Numbered from the stretch's first letter, positions 1 to 12,748 are shown. The stretch is 42,805 bases of DNA from Octopus sinensis (GCF_006345805.1 NW_021835189.1:1-42805), one strand, 5' to 3'. Numbers and translations: made by a program. The notes: generated by a model from the letters alone, not told the origin.

Positions 1-229
1 ACAAAACTAACGAACCATGAGTTTCGTGGACCCTAAATACGCAGTGGTTGTAATCCCGGTTGGGTCGTTAAATCCAATGGGACCCCACAAGCAACTGTAT
101 TGTAACAAAGGATTTTTCCTGTACCCCAGTTTTAGAAGCGTTCATACAAAGTTTTCCTTAAATAAACTATCATGATTTCATTTTACTTACTTTTTTTTAC
201 TGAAAACAAGAATAAAGCATGAACGTAAA

Positions 230-1157
230 TCTATATATATAAAACTCAACTTGTGTGTCTGTCTGTGTATCTGTGTGTGTGTCTGTGTCTTTTACTTCCC
301 GGCACATCTCCTCCTAGCCAACAAATCGTAGAACCACCAAACATGGTCACTTAAAGTTTAGGCGAATGAAAATTGAACTGCGCTATTTCTGTTCCGAAAT
401 TCATCTCGCAAGTGCAAAAATCGATAATGTATTTGTTTAGGCCTTCTCCCATGCATTGAATAGTGAACTTTACTCAGTCAGCTGTTTGACGTGAACTGTG
501 TTCACCACGCGTGCAAGCATGCGTAAATTGCATGAAAAGTAAAAAAGCAAGACAAATCGCCGTAAACATTGTAGAAATTAGGCAAAGAAATGCATTTTCG
601 GGAGGGTTTTTCCCTATTAATCGTTTGGACTTTGTGAACGCATACCAATTGTTTTCATAACATTTTTAACGCTTTGAATTAAATGTGACCATTTTGCGTT
701 GAGTCTGCAGTTTGAATCACTAGCCAAATTTTAGCAGGCCGGATTTTTGATCATCATGATACATCGCCAGCGACTCCCTGAAACTCTCCTCTGATATCCT
801 CGTTGAGAAATACTGTTCTAAAAGAATAATTCAACAATGCAATTTTCTGTATGCTATATGTGTTTGTAAGTCCTGGAGTTTTTGTTATGTATTTGTCTGA
901 ATAATTTTTTATCATGCCTAATGCACTTACTATGATAGGAATTGTTTCTGTTTTTAGATTCCTCGTTCGAGTTACCTCTATTTCTAGGTCTTTGTATTTT
1001 GAAAGTTTCTCCATTTCTTTATTGTTATTATTATTATTTGTGTCGGTTTTGGAGACTAGTTGTTCGGAGCTCTAAGTTTTCTTTAGAATTTGTTGTTACA
1101 ATGTTGTTTTCAAAATTTTATTGACCACAGAACCCACCTCGCTGTAAGCGGGGCTAG
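230..1157 (+). mobile_element. Possible non-autonomous Helitron-like element (interrupted by a LINE fragment)
   Basis: 5' a|TCTATATATATAAAA followed by (GTCT/GT)n at 230. A candidate 3' hairpin cctcgct-gta-agcgggg is followed directly by CTAG (1154-1157). The next base is C rather than the usual T, and no Rep/helicase is seen. Confidence 0.35.
828..1021 (-). pseudogene. R4/Dong-like non-LTR retrotransposon, REL endonuclease C-terminal fragment
   Basis: ORF 754..1014(-) MEKLSKYKDLEIEVTR..LKTETIPIIVSALGMIK is nearly identical to the REL domain at 39627..39929 in this window. Confidence 0.85.
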
Positions 1158-1319
1158 CTGCGGTGGCCAGAATTCGCCCCTTAAAGGCGAATTTTGAGTT
1201 TTAAAAACTACAAATTAATATTTTATAAAGAAAAAGTTCAGTATGGCTTCCCAAATCGAGGCAATAAAGGTTCTTACATCATCCGTTTTGACATTTTGTC
1301 ACCTCCGCTTGTTAATATT

Positions 1320-2140
1320 TTTGAGAAACAAAGCAAAGACAGCAGCAGCAGCAGCAGTAGTAGCAACAACAACAACAGCATCACAACCATCAGCACCAAC
1401 AAAAACATAACAGAAAAATGAAGAGGAGGCAAGGAATCAATCCACTTTGACCCTAAAAAAGAAGACACACCACCAGAAATAGACAGCTGATTCTTGGTGG
1501 TAGATGTCCTCTTGGACATATAGGTCAAAACGAGCATCTTACAGATGCGGAAACTTTACAAACAAAACTATTCGGGTCAAGGCCTAAAATTGTGGGTGAA
1601 AATGGACAGCCAAAGCCTGGACACAATTCCAGATATCATAAATTCACACGTTGGCACCAACCTCCACGTGGCCTTTGAAAGCTGATGGTTTCGGTATCAT
1701 CTGTGTGGGAACACAAATCATCTAAAATTCTTCTATTGCCCATAACAAATTAGAGAAAGGAGCCTCTCAATTTTGCCAACATCATCAACACCACCACCAC
1801 AGCAACAATAACAACAATAGCAACAGCACCAACAGAGGCAGGTGACCATCGCGGTTACAAAATCAATAGTAACAGTAGCAGCAACACTAATCGCAGCAGC
1901 ACGGGCAGCAGCAAAAACAACAGCATCAACCCCGGTCCCCACCACCAAAAAAGCAACAACTTTATGAATAGGACAACGCCAAAAAGCTCTACAAGATTTG
2001 CCCCTCCCCTGTTCGGAGCACTCAGACATACCTTGCGCGGATAGGGACGACGAAAGACCAAAATGGCAAGAGGTCGCCTGAACACACAAAAGAAAAAGAA
2101 ACAGAACCAAACACACACAGACAATACAGACATAGACTTT
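1320..2140 (+). pseudogene. Probable decayed ORF1 (gag-like) of an L1-Tx1 element with CAG/CAA repeats
   Basis: GQPK at ~1604, then a degenerate zinc knuckle (Y)HLCGNTNHLKFFYCP at 1695-1742. It lies upstream of a Tx1 APE fragment on the same strand and is heavily broken. Confidence 0.3.
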
Positions 2141-2199
2141 CCCAAATGCATCAATAAATTAACATTAATATTTTTTCATCGTTGTTGCAATCATCTGAA

Positions 2200-3291
2200 A
2201 TGGAACTGTCAAAGCGCGATATTCGAGCAATTTTGCTATTCAACATCAAAAAAGGATGTAAAGCAGCTGAAACTGCTCACGATGTCAACGAAACTTTTGG
2301 TGAGGAAATGACCAGTGAGTGGTCAGTTTGAAAATGGCTTAAACGATTTAGCAGTGGAAACCTGAAGATCTTGAGCGTAGTGGACGCCCGTCTGTCATCG
2401 ATGACGGTCAACTGAAGATCATCATTGAGAAAGACCCACGTAAAACCACTCGAGAACTGGCAAAAGAACTTCAAGTCAGCCAGAAAATGCCTGAAACCAT
2501 TTGCATGCGATCGGAAAATCAGAAAAGCTCGACAAATGAATACCACACGATTTGAATGAAAATCAGAAAATGTGAACTTATGAAATGTGCTCGTCGCTTC
2601 TTCGCCGAAACCAAACCGATTCAATTCTTGACCGTATTTGCGATGAAAAGTAGATTCTGTATAATAATAGAAAATGTTTTTCGCAGTGGATGGACCCAAA
2701 TGAAGCACCGAAAAGCTTCCCTAAACCCGATCGCTTCAAAAAAGAGATTATGTTGATTGTTTAGTGATGTGCCGTTGGACTCATCCACTATAACTTATTA
2801 AAACCCAGAAAATCCATTCCTGCAGTAACATATTACCAAGAAATTGCCAATATGAACGAAAAACTGCTACTCCTCTGTCTCAGACTGGTCAACAGAAGAG
2901 GGCCAATCATTCTTCATGACAATACTCGACCACACGTTTCACTAATGACGCTCCAGAAGTTTAGGGAAACTGGCTACGAAGTTCTTCCCTACTCAGCTTA
3001 TTCCTCAGACCTTTCTCCCAACGTCTATCACTTTTTCAAGTATCTTTATGGTTTCCTTCGAGAGAAGGAGTTCAAAAATCAAACCGATGCTGAAAGCGCG
3101 TTCAAAGAGTCCATCAGCTTCAGAACTCCAGATTTTTATGTTAACGGAATAAACAAACTTTGTAACTCATTGGCAAAAATGTGTTTATAGTAATGGTACA
3201 TACTTTGATGAATAAAATTTCCGCATTGCTGAAATACATTGTGATGAATTTCATGTTTCAAAACGTTGCTTACTTTTTACTCAGCCTGATA
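2200..3291 (+). mobile_element. Mariner (Hsmar1/SETMAR-type, DD34D) transposase pseudogene with right TIR
   Basis: MELSKRDIRAILLF..AAETA, RSGRP, IPHDLNENQK (WVPHEL-like), CDEK, ILHDNTRPH, YSSDLSPNVY (YSPDLAP-like), with multiple stops and frameshifts. Right TIR 3264-3289 (reverse complement TCAGGCTGAGTAAAAAGTAAGCAACG) is followed by TA. No left TIR is seen. Confidence 0.92.
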
Positions 3292-3304
3292 TTTATTTCC
3301 ATGT

Positions 3305-3535
3305 CAAACGGGAATGAGGGGGGCGGGGGTGGAATGGCAGTGTTGTCCCAGAGACGCCTGGATCTCAACACAAAGATTATCTTCCTGGGCTAAGAAGGTT
3401 AGTTGGTGGTCCTGGAAGTCGTGAACAGTAGTAACGGAGGTGTCCTCAGTCTGGTGGCTGTTTATGCCTCGACACGTTCCGGATAGCTGAACATCTTCAG
3501 ACGTCTGGAGGTTTTCCTTGGAGTGTCTAGACGAG
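3305..3535 (+). pseudogene. L1-Tx1 apurinic-type endonuclease fragment
   Basis: GGGGGMAVLSQRRLDLNTKIIFLG*EG*LVVLEVVNSSNGGVLSLVAVYA..IFRRLEVFLG matches the EGR.....D...F.LV.VYAP layout of L1/Tx1 APE. Confidence 0.75.
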
Positions 3536-4377
3536 GCGTCTGTAACCTGTGGCACGCGTGTCATGTGTAGCACGCGGAACAATTCACAATGGCATGTACA
3601 CCACTTGGCAAAAAATAAAAGTAAATTTTTATTTATAACTAACTCTGAGGAAGCGACATCATAATAATTAATTTACATATCTTTTTTACGATCCATCTAT
3701 TCTAGCCTAAACTATCTGAAGTTAGTTGTATTTGGTAATATTACATTTCCTTAAAAATATAGTACTACTGAACACAATTTTGATACGAAATTATGAATGT
3801 TAGCACAATTAATTTGTTTGTAAGCTGGTGCTGAAAGCATTTATATGTACTTTATTACTGAAGCCGGGAGCTAGAGGTGCGAACGCCTATTGTTTCGAAC
3901 TCGGCTGTATATTTAGCAGTGCAGATCATAATATGTTAAACTTGGATGACCACTTTACAGCAGCCAGTCTAAATAAAGACACTCTTTAAAATGGGCTCCT
4001 ACATTGCGGGTCGTCTATAAGTAGACGCTTTTAAAATTATTCTTTCAGTTTGGGAAGAAAAAGCGGTAACGAGTAGGGTTTTCAAAAGGAAATAATCATG
4101 AAAAGTCAACAATTATAGTTATTTTCTTAGGTTTCAATTTCTCCTTCGTGAGTCAAGTTGTCTGATCTTTTGAGTATTTTTTGTTTATTCATATCATTTA
4201 TTTTTAATCTAATTATTTTATCATTACAAAAATTAATTCATTAAATTAATTTCATTCTTTTTTACTACTTATTTTATTCTAATTATCTTTATTTAGTTAT
4301 TTTTATTTTTATTTGTAGAACCTAATTTAAGGGTTTATACACCTGTCATATCAATTATCAATATATAGTGCAGCAAA

Positions 4378-6890
4378 TTGCATAACAAAGGACCAAAATT
4401 TGACGTTCGTTCATTTCAAGATTTCTGGTGCACTGAGTATGGATTTGTACAGCAAAATCATCGAGTTGTGTGTGCGTTCTGCTGTGAATTTGTCGTATGT
4501 CGTACATCAAGTGTACAAAGACACTATCAAACTAGACACCAGACTATGTCTAAAAACGCTGATGAAAAAAGGCAAATCATAAAAAGGGCTATTTCTAGTT
4601 ACAAATAAAGCACTTCTGTTTTTGTTCAAATGCTTGGAACCAACAATGAAGCCAAATAATGTAGTTAGACAATTGCTCAATGTAGAGCTGAGAAAGGTAA
4701 ACCTTTTACAGCCGGAGAATTTATCAAAAAAACTTTTCTGAGAATTGCTAAAATTTTGTTCAGTAATTAAACAAACGCTGAATAAATACTGTCTCGAATT
4801 CAAGAAATACCAATTTCTGCATGATCAGTTGAGAGACGTGTAACTGATATCGATGAAGATATAACAATAAAACAAAAAGTTGGATTACAAAACGCTGCTG
4901 CATTCAGTGACCCCTATCGATGAAAGTACTGACGTGAATGACATGGCACACCTAGCAATTGTTGCAAGATACTGGGACAATGATCGTATTTACGAAGAAT
5001 CATGTTGTTTGATTATTCCTCTTACCAATACATCTACAGGACAGGACATTCTGACTGCATTTCTAAATTATTTCGAAAATCAAGACATTAATATAAATAA
5101 AATGTTTTGTATTACTACTGGTGGTGCACGTGCAGTGGGTGGAAAGGAAAAAAAGATTTATTAAGCGTCTTGAAAATCACATTTCACGCAGTGTAATGTG
5201 TTTTAATTGCATTGTACATCAGGAAAATTTAGTTGCAAAACTTTCGTCACAAAGCTTGAGTTCTGTCGTGGAAAGTTGTTAAAATAGTTAACTTCATGGT
5301 TTCTCGCTCTTCACTGACTCACGGACAATTTAAGTCTCTTCTGCAAGAACTGGACAGCGAATATGCAGACTTCCCACTTCACAGTGAAGTCCTGCAGCGT
5401 AGACTCGGTTGAAATTCCTCTCTCCCATTTATTATATATACGTGCATTCGAGCGTAGCAGGGAACAGCTATCCGTTTGCCGCTATTTGGATCCCGTTCTG
5501 TCCACTACTCTGATTAGTTGGTATTGGCGCAATTTGTCGCGCCAAACCGCCGTGTATAACCAGTCGGAGTCAGCCTGTTCACTACCCCGTTTTGGCCTAC
5601 TTCTCCTTATAAAAACTCAGCTCTTTCTCCTTTCGATGTCTTTTGGTTCCAGACCTTTTAAGGTCTAGCCACTGACCACAAAGACACAGTCAGTTCCAGA
5701 GACTTACCAACTTTGTCCAACAGCATTCCAACAACCTCCGTCTTTGTCGCCACCACCATGTCCTTAACGTCTTCAACATCATCTCTCTACGTACACAGCT
5801 CTGCAAGCGATGCACCCAGGTTCCAACACTTCACTGTTCGTTAATTACTTCATCATGGGTCAACAACAAATATACAACCAGTATGAACTCCTGTACAAGT
5901 TACCCAGGCAGCAGCATCACAGCCACGACATCACGTTCAACATGTACCTGTAACTGTCTTCTACATCTATGAACCCACACGCATACATTCTGTTCTCATG
6001 ACGGCCTGTCTATCGTTCAGTATACATGATGCACACACAGACACATCTGTTAACATATCAATAAATCTTCTTTTAATCATTCTACGCGGTTGTCTCCTTT
6101 ATCCATCTGGCAAATAGATGGTACTATCAATTTTCTCTTTATTGTAAGGGCTGTGTGATGTGGTACTAAAGAGCCATTCTTGTCACCTCGCATCGCACGG
6201 TCCTTACAGTCCGTTGGCTTTGTCGGGGTAATGTTTTGAACAGATTTGTATCATGCTTAGAAGAATATTTCTTGAAAGGAAACAGTTGCCAGAATTGAAC
6301 AACGAAGACGGTTTATTTAAACTGATGCTTCTAACTGACAGTCACTTGAATGATTAAAATTTGCATTTACAAGAGAGAGGTCAAACAGTACTTGATATTT
6401 TTGAATACTGGGAAGGATTTTTGTTAAAATAAGATTTTTTTGCGTGATACACTTAGATATATTTAAAAATACTTTGCAAATGTAAAAGTTTATTCAAATC
6501 GATTTAATATTTAATAAAAAGGAACTTCAAAAATATGTTGCAACGTTGAAAGAAGAAATTTCCAAGTGAGATAAAGATTTCGAAACAGACACTCCTATAT
6601 TTTCGTTTCTCATGAAACCCGACTTTGATGGATTTGAAAACGAACCCATTTCATCTATCACTTTTGGGCTCAACAACAAATATACAAGATAGTTTTGAAG
6701 TGGAAATACTTGAATTAACCGCTTCAGAATTATGGGGGAAAAATTTATGGAATTACGAAAATCTCTTGAAAGAAGCAGCTTAGAGAAGTCAGTGGCCATC
6801 TTCAATCGCTGGAAGACGTTGCCTGAAAGATTCAATTCTTTGAAGAAAATCGCCTCAGCTCTGCTTTCAGCCTTTAGCTCAACATATACA
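4378..6890 (+). pseudogene. hAT (SPIN / GTF2IRD2-EPM2AIP1-like) transposase pseudogene
   Basis: N-terminal zinc finger VCAFC..VVCRTSSVQRHYQTRH; GKPFTAGEFIKK; IDESTDVNDMAHLAIVARY; ITTGGA; CIVHQE; HSEV|RWLCRGNVLNRF; KTLPERFNSLKKIASALLSAFSSTY (start of the hATC dimerisation domain). Many stops and frameshifts. No TIRs identified. Confidence 0.9.
5393..6208 (+). mobile_element. Solo LTR (Ty3/gypsy-like), 816 bp
   Basis: TG...CA termini flanked by the 4-bp duplication GTCC (5389-5392, 6209-6212). Removing it restores the transposase motif HSEVRWLCRG. TATAAAA near 5608 and AATAAA near 6060 suggest + orientation. Confidence 0.85.
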
Positions 6891-6926
6891 GGATTACCCC
6901 AAAACAACAGGACCCATAAAATTTCG

Positions 6927-7068
6927 GTTTCCGTCTACCAAATCCACTCACAAGGATTTGGTCGTCCCGAGACTATAGTAGGAGGCAATTTCCCAAATGG
7001 CATGCAGTGGAAACTGAACCTGGATCTATCTGCTTCCGAAGTAAGTTTCTTACCACGCAGCCACGCCT
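6927..7068 (-). mobile_element. tRNA-derived SINE head/core fragment (same family as 37904)
   Basis: Reverse complement GGCGTGGCTGCGTGGTAAG..GGTTCAG..CTACTATAG..GACCAAA..TTGTGAGTGGATTTGGTAGACGGAAAC aligns with 37904-38050. Confidence 0.75.
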
Positions 7069-8784
7069 ATGCATGTGTGTTTATGTATAAGTCTATATAT
7101 AGGATGGACAGGACAAACAAATATTTAAATAATAGTTCTGACGTTATGGTTGCTTGGAACCAAATGCTCACCCATAAATGATCGTCTGGAACAACGTTAT
7201 TGTAGTAAATTGCATAGTTATAGAAAGATAGAGGGAGAGGAAAAAATATATCATATATACGTATGTGTGTATATATATAAATGTTAAATCTTAAAAGAAA
7301 AGTAACAAGAATTGATCTACCTGTATAACACCGGATCAAAAAATGACTTCAGTTTGAATATTTTGCAGAAATGAAATAAGTTTTATCCACTTATCTGAAT
7401 AATCTATTGCCTCATATAAGTTTTTTGTCTCACGTTCCAGCTGCTATCCGATAAGCATACAGAATGAAATACCCTGTTGTAATAGTTCTTTATTTTTTTT
7501 TAAAACGAGAGTGACAGTATTTTCCCTTGATGTGTGTGATTGGTTGAAATTCTTTCATATCCGGAAAATAAATCCATTTTCCAGCTAGTCACCATTCCTA
7601 CACGTCAAGTGTTGAAATGGTCGCTGTGCTATATGAGATGAAGTGTCTTTCGCGCCATACGCCTCTCGGTTCTGTATTTGAAATCACGACCATGTTATCG
7701 TGAGTAGCATCCCTAATCACGATTTCATGTGTCCTCGACTTCTATTATATTTCCAAAACTTTATTTTTCATATGTCCTGGCAACGCCCAGAGAATATTCT
7801 TATCTACTTGACGCTTTTCTAAAACAAACGCCATTGTTTTTATCGACTGTTGGGATGGCGATATCTGCTCAAAGACACGACCTCATCTCTCTAGTTAATA
7901 AAATGCAAACCCGACGAATTTTCCTCGTTTCACAGAATATATTTCAGTTGGTCGTAAAGTATGCTTGTTGTTCACTGGTGACAAGACTATGATCAAAGGC
8001 GTTTCGGTCATGATCATCCCGTCGATTTACTTATATTGCAATGTGTGTTGTATTCTTTCCTTGGTTAATACGGTAGGCTGCGATACAATGGAATATCATT
8101 GTCTCAAATGCTTACGATAGGGCTGATAGCGCAAATGTTCAAGTAATGGACATTCATTAGTCCTGAAACTGACATCTACAATCATTATTGTATGACATCA
8201 CATGATGTGGATGCTAATTTTCTTGATCTTTCCGAAATATTAGTACAACCTTACTATCAAGATGAAACATCAATTTATTAAATGACATCTAAGACTGAAA
8301 TATTCTGCTACTAGCAGAAGAATGAAAGGGATATTCTACGTGGTTTACTCTCCATGTGTCTTTAGGCTAAAACTTTATACTTTTGATATCTTCATTATTA
8401 ATTACCAGAAAAAAGAAAAACATGAATGCAATTCTGCATCAGAAGTAAATACTTTGAAAATGATGTGGTAAAAATTTGAAAAGTTTCAAGTGGTTGTAAG
8501 GAATTTAACAAGATTCCGATCGGCCAAACTACTGGGGCGTGTACAAACCAGATCCTGTTCCCAAGCAGTCATGGTGGTTAAACTGAAACACATACACATA
8601 TACATAGATATATACATATATGTATTTATATATATATGTGTGTGTATATATAACAAAGTGAGTTTGGGGCTACCAATAAATATATATAATTGAAATATAG
8701 TATAAAATCTTTACGAGGATTTATCAAGTAGTTAGCGTGAAAAACCTCATAAGAGAAAAATTTATTAATTATTCCCTATAAATA

Positions 8785-9316
<532 letters not shown>

Positions 9317-10162
9317 AAAATATGGTAAAGTAAAAAGATTCACTTTACCACACACCGAACTTTCAGAAATAGCAGCCAAAAATTTGGCTATTTCTTCAAC
9401 TGCAAATAAAGTCTCCAGACAATGCATACTCAGAAATATATATATATATATATAGACGTGCGTATGTATATGTGTTTATATATATACATACATATTCATA
9501 TATATATATTATTTTCTACTTTAAATAAAGGTGTTCACTATATATAGAAACACTTCGAAGTGCTGAAGAGATTAGAACTTGAGACTTTAGATATGTAAAG
9601 AAACGACAAGCAAGCTATATATTTATTTACATTTACATGTGAAGATACATTGAATGGAAATCAAAAAGGTAAACGTGTGTGGATATTAAGAAGACATAGT
9701 CCAATTTTCAGAAAAAACAGTACCACAAATAGAATAGGTAGAGTTTAAGTGTTCTACGGCCGTTTCAAGGATCGTTGTGGTCCTGATATATGACAGATAT
9801 CAGAGTCCATTGTTGGATAACATCACCTCTCCGGGGGAAGAATTTTATATTAAAAATTTTGCATTTAAAATGTTGACATGACAGAGGTTAAAGACTGATT
9901 GATTTTATAGAGGGCTACATTTATTAGGAAGGGGAGTTAGGGATGTTTAGACAGAGAATAGTTGCAAGATGGAGAAAATAGATTTCAAGATCATAACCGA
10001 CTGATGGTGGAGAGTGGTAGAAAGTGGTTTAGTTTATGTCCAATTTAAATTAGTGAAAAAAGGATGGACCTAAGCGGTTCGATATCAGATAAGGGTATGA
10101 GAGGGAGATTATAACTTCTATTCTAGGCTTTCCATCAGACTCATTTGCCTCAGAAAATCCAA

Positions 10163-10373
10163 GGCGCCGAGTAGGCAGAAACGTTTGCACGCAGGCTAAA
10201 ATGCTTAGCGTTCTGTTTTTACGTTATGAGTTCAAAATTCCGCCAATTTCGACTTTACCTTTCATCCTTTCGGGTTTGAAACATTAAGTACCTGTTGCAT
10301 AGTGGGGTCGATCTAATCAATTGGGCCCTACCCCAAAATTTCGCGCTTTGTGACTAGAGTAGAAAAGAATATT
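10163..10373 (+). mobile_element. tRNA-derived SINE, tail type A
   Basis: A-box-like GAGTAGGCAGAA, B-box-like GAGTTCAAAATTCC, body gtcgacttt.cctttcatcctttcggg, tail tgtgactagagtagaaaagaat. Paralogue at 33385-33595. Confidence 0.8.
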
Positions 10374-10549
10374 TACAATCGACGGACAGGTGTCCTCATC
10401 TTGTTAGTTGTTACTACAACGTTTCGGATGAGGAATTCTCCAGTCTTCTTCAGATGTCCTGTTAACAATAAAGTGTAGACATCTACCCGTCCAATTCAAA
10501 TATCATACATAATTCCTCAACTCTAAATTATAAAACAGTATCAAATGAT

Positions 10550-11025
10550 TACCCGTCAATATCACAAATACTTTTGGATAAAGCCTTAATATTTGCCCGA
10601 AATTATGCTACCATCCGCAGATCGGATATGAATATCACTCTGGCAATGAAGAAAACTTTAATTCAATTTAAGTGTAATTATTGAACGCCCAACGAATCTA
10701 TGGATTACTTCGATGTAACAATGGAATCATCGGACTCCGCCCACGCACAGACCTTGTGGGCTTGTTCCTCATCCCCCAGATTAAACAATGCTTCCCTAAA
10801 ATAACCGGCGGACAATAGAGGGATGATGCAAATTCCTTCAGTAACTGGATTAACTGAACCTTCATTAGAGCACACAAGGACAGCCCTACGCAAACTCTTC
10901 AAAATCTTCATCCTAAGTATTTCATTCGAAATAGATACAAATTTTTTGGACGTTAATCTTTAATTAAGCACTAACTTATACCGTCCTTTCTATAAACCCA
11001 ACCAATCTTTACAATACTTAAATGT
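10550..11025 (+). pseudogene. Penelope-like element reverse transcriptase fragment (copy I)
   Basis: FDVTM(E)SSDSA..DLVGLFL, GQ*RDD (from YRDD), FLDVNL, YRPFYKPN..LQYLN. These are typical PLE RT motifs with stops and frameshifts. Confidence 0.8.
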
Positions 11026-11355
11026 GGAAGTGGAAGAGTTAAAATGAGAGAGGGGGAGAGGGAGTGTTAGAAGCGAGAGAGAGAGAGAGAGGGGAATGAA
11101 GAGGATGAGGGTTGATGTGTATGATTGTTCGTGTGTGTGTGTGTGTGTGTGTGTGTGTCTGTGTGTGTGATGCAATTAGATACATAACCCTGCCTAAGCT
11201 TTTCTTTAATATGAAACTGGAGGGAATATCACATTAACGATTGCATTAAATGATATAATTTTACTGTGAAGAAGTGAGTGAAATGTTTAACCGGAAGAAA
11301 TTTCCAATAACAATAATAATAATAATAATAAAAATAATGATAATAATAATAATAA

Positions 11356-12027
11356 AGTCTTAGCACCAGTGGAGTATAAATTAAGACATGACAGAGTTGG
11401 CCACTATCTACACTGGCTAATAAGTCGGCATTACAATATCAAAACTGCCGACAAGTGGTATAATCACCACCCTGAGGCTGTAACTGAAGGAGAAAATGTA
11501 ACCATTCTGTGGGACTTTCCAGTACATACAGACCGAACCATCAAGGCCAATAAACCAGATATTGTTGTAAAAGACCAAAACAATAAAGTTTGCTTATTGA
11601 TCGACATGAGCATCCCCTGTGATCATAATATCTCAGCGAAAGAGTTTGACAAGCTCAGAAAATATAAAGACCTACTCATTGAAATTGAGAAAATGTGGCA
11701 TCTCAAGGCGGTTACAATACCAGTGATCGTAGGAGCACTAGGAATGATCAAGAAGGAACCGAAAATTATATGAGAATGATCCCTGGCTTACCATCCCTGC
11801 AAGAAGTGCAAAAGATTGTCTTAACTGGTACATCACACGTATTGAGAAGAGCATTGTCGATGTGAGGACTGTTGCTGCTCATGTATTTTAATTTAACTTA
11901 AAAAAAAAATGAACGAACTATTGAGTTTGGTTTAATGGCCTACCAATGTATACTATGAGTTTCTTTGCCCTAGGAGTCGGGAAGACACTCGGCAAGAAAT
12001 GGAAGCAAATTTGAAAGAAGAAAAAAG
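11356..12027 (+). mobile_element. 5'-truncated R4/Dong-like LINE (REL domain plus 3' UTR) inside (AAT)n
   Basis: RHDRVGHYLHW..ILWDFPVHTDRTIKANKPDIVV..LLIDMSIP..KLRKYKDL..IPVIVGALG (RHD, PD..D, KY.DL REL motifs). Flanked by (AAT)n on both sides. Sequence is distinct from the family at 39482. Confidence 0.9.
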
Positions 12028-12050
12028 TAATAATAATAATAATAATAATA

Positions 12051-12133
<83 letters not shown>

Positions 12134-12136
<3 letters not shown>

Positions 12137-12650
12137 TGAGAGAGCAGTGCATGCCATCAAAGTGACACTAGGGTAAAATATACGAAGACCAGTATACCCA
12201 TCATGACTACCCGTCTGATAAGGGTACACCAGGCACATGCATCACAAACATAAGTGCGCGACATGATGATCTCATATCAAGATAAACAGCACATGACCTT
12301 GTAGGTGGGGCCCAGTTAGAATTTTCTTCTGGTCGAGTAACCCATCCTGCTCAAAAGGTCCCTGAGTAAGGGTTGTTTAAGGATGTTGAACGAAACACCC
12401 ATGTTTCCAGAGGTGAATTATTCAAACCCCAAAGAATCCCTCTCAACACATGGCTATGATACTCCCCCACTACTTCTGCTTGTGATCAGAGATGCACATA
12501 TCATCAGCCACTAAGGGACATGCTCAACTGGTTAACGTCGAGCAACTGACAAGCAAATCTGTGGTATTGAGCAGAATATTTGCTGGAGCCCATCCTCTAT
12601 ACCAAGAAGATGGGCTACATCTTCGTTCAACATCCTTCAACAACCCTTAC
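12134..12650 (-). mobile_element. Non-LTR retroelement 3' end, family unassigned, with residual fold-back
   Basis: On the minus strand it ends ..gcatgcactgctctctcaatt(AAT)n. It is near-identical to 24055-24540 and has no ORF. Confidence 0.55.
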
Positions 12651-12748
12651 TATTATTATTATTATTATTATATTATTATTATTATTATTATTATTGTTGT
12701 TGTTCTTTGCCAATAGGGCCGGCATATCGGAGAAGATACAGTAGAAAA

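Noticed and set aside
2200-3215. SETMAR host gene
   Set aside because: No SET domain, multiple stops, and a retained TIR. It is an ordinary dead mariner.
4378-6890. Domesticated GTF2IRD2/EPM2AIP1-like gene
   Set aside because: Stops, frameshifts, an LTR insertion and 3' truncation.
6885-6926. tacaggattaccccaaaa as a Tc1/mariner-type TIR truncating the hAT
   Set aside because: No matching inverted partner found nearby.
9345-9405. Minus-strand UUGAAGA..stem..GAAA as a hammerhead
   Set aside because: First core C is missing, extra bases precede GAAA, and there is no stem I or III.
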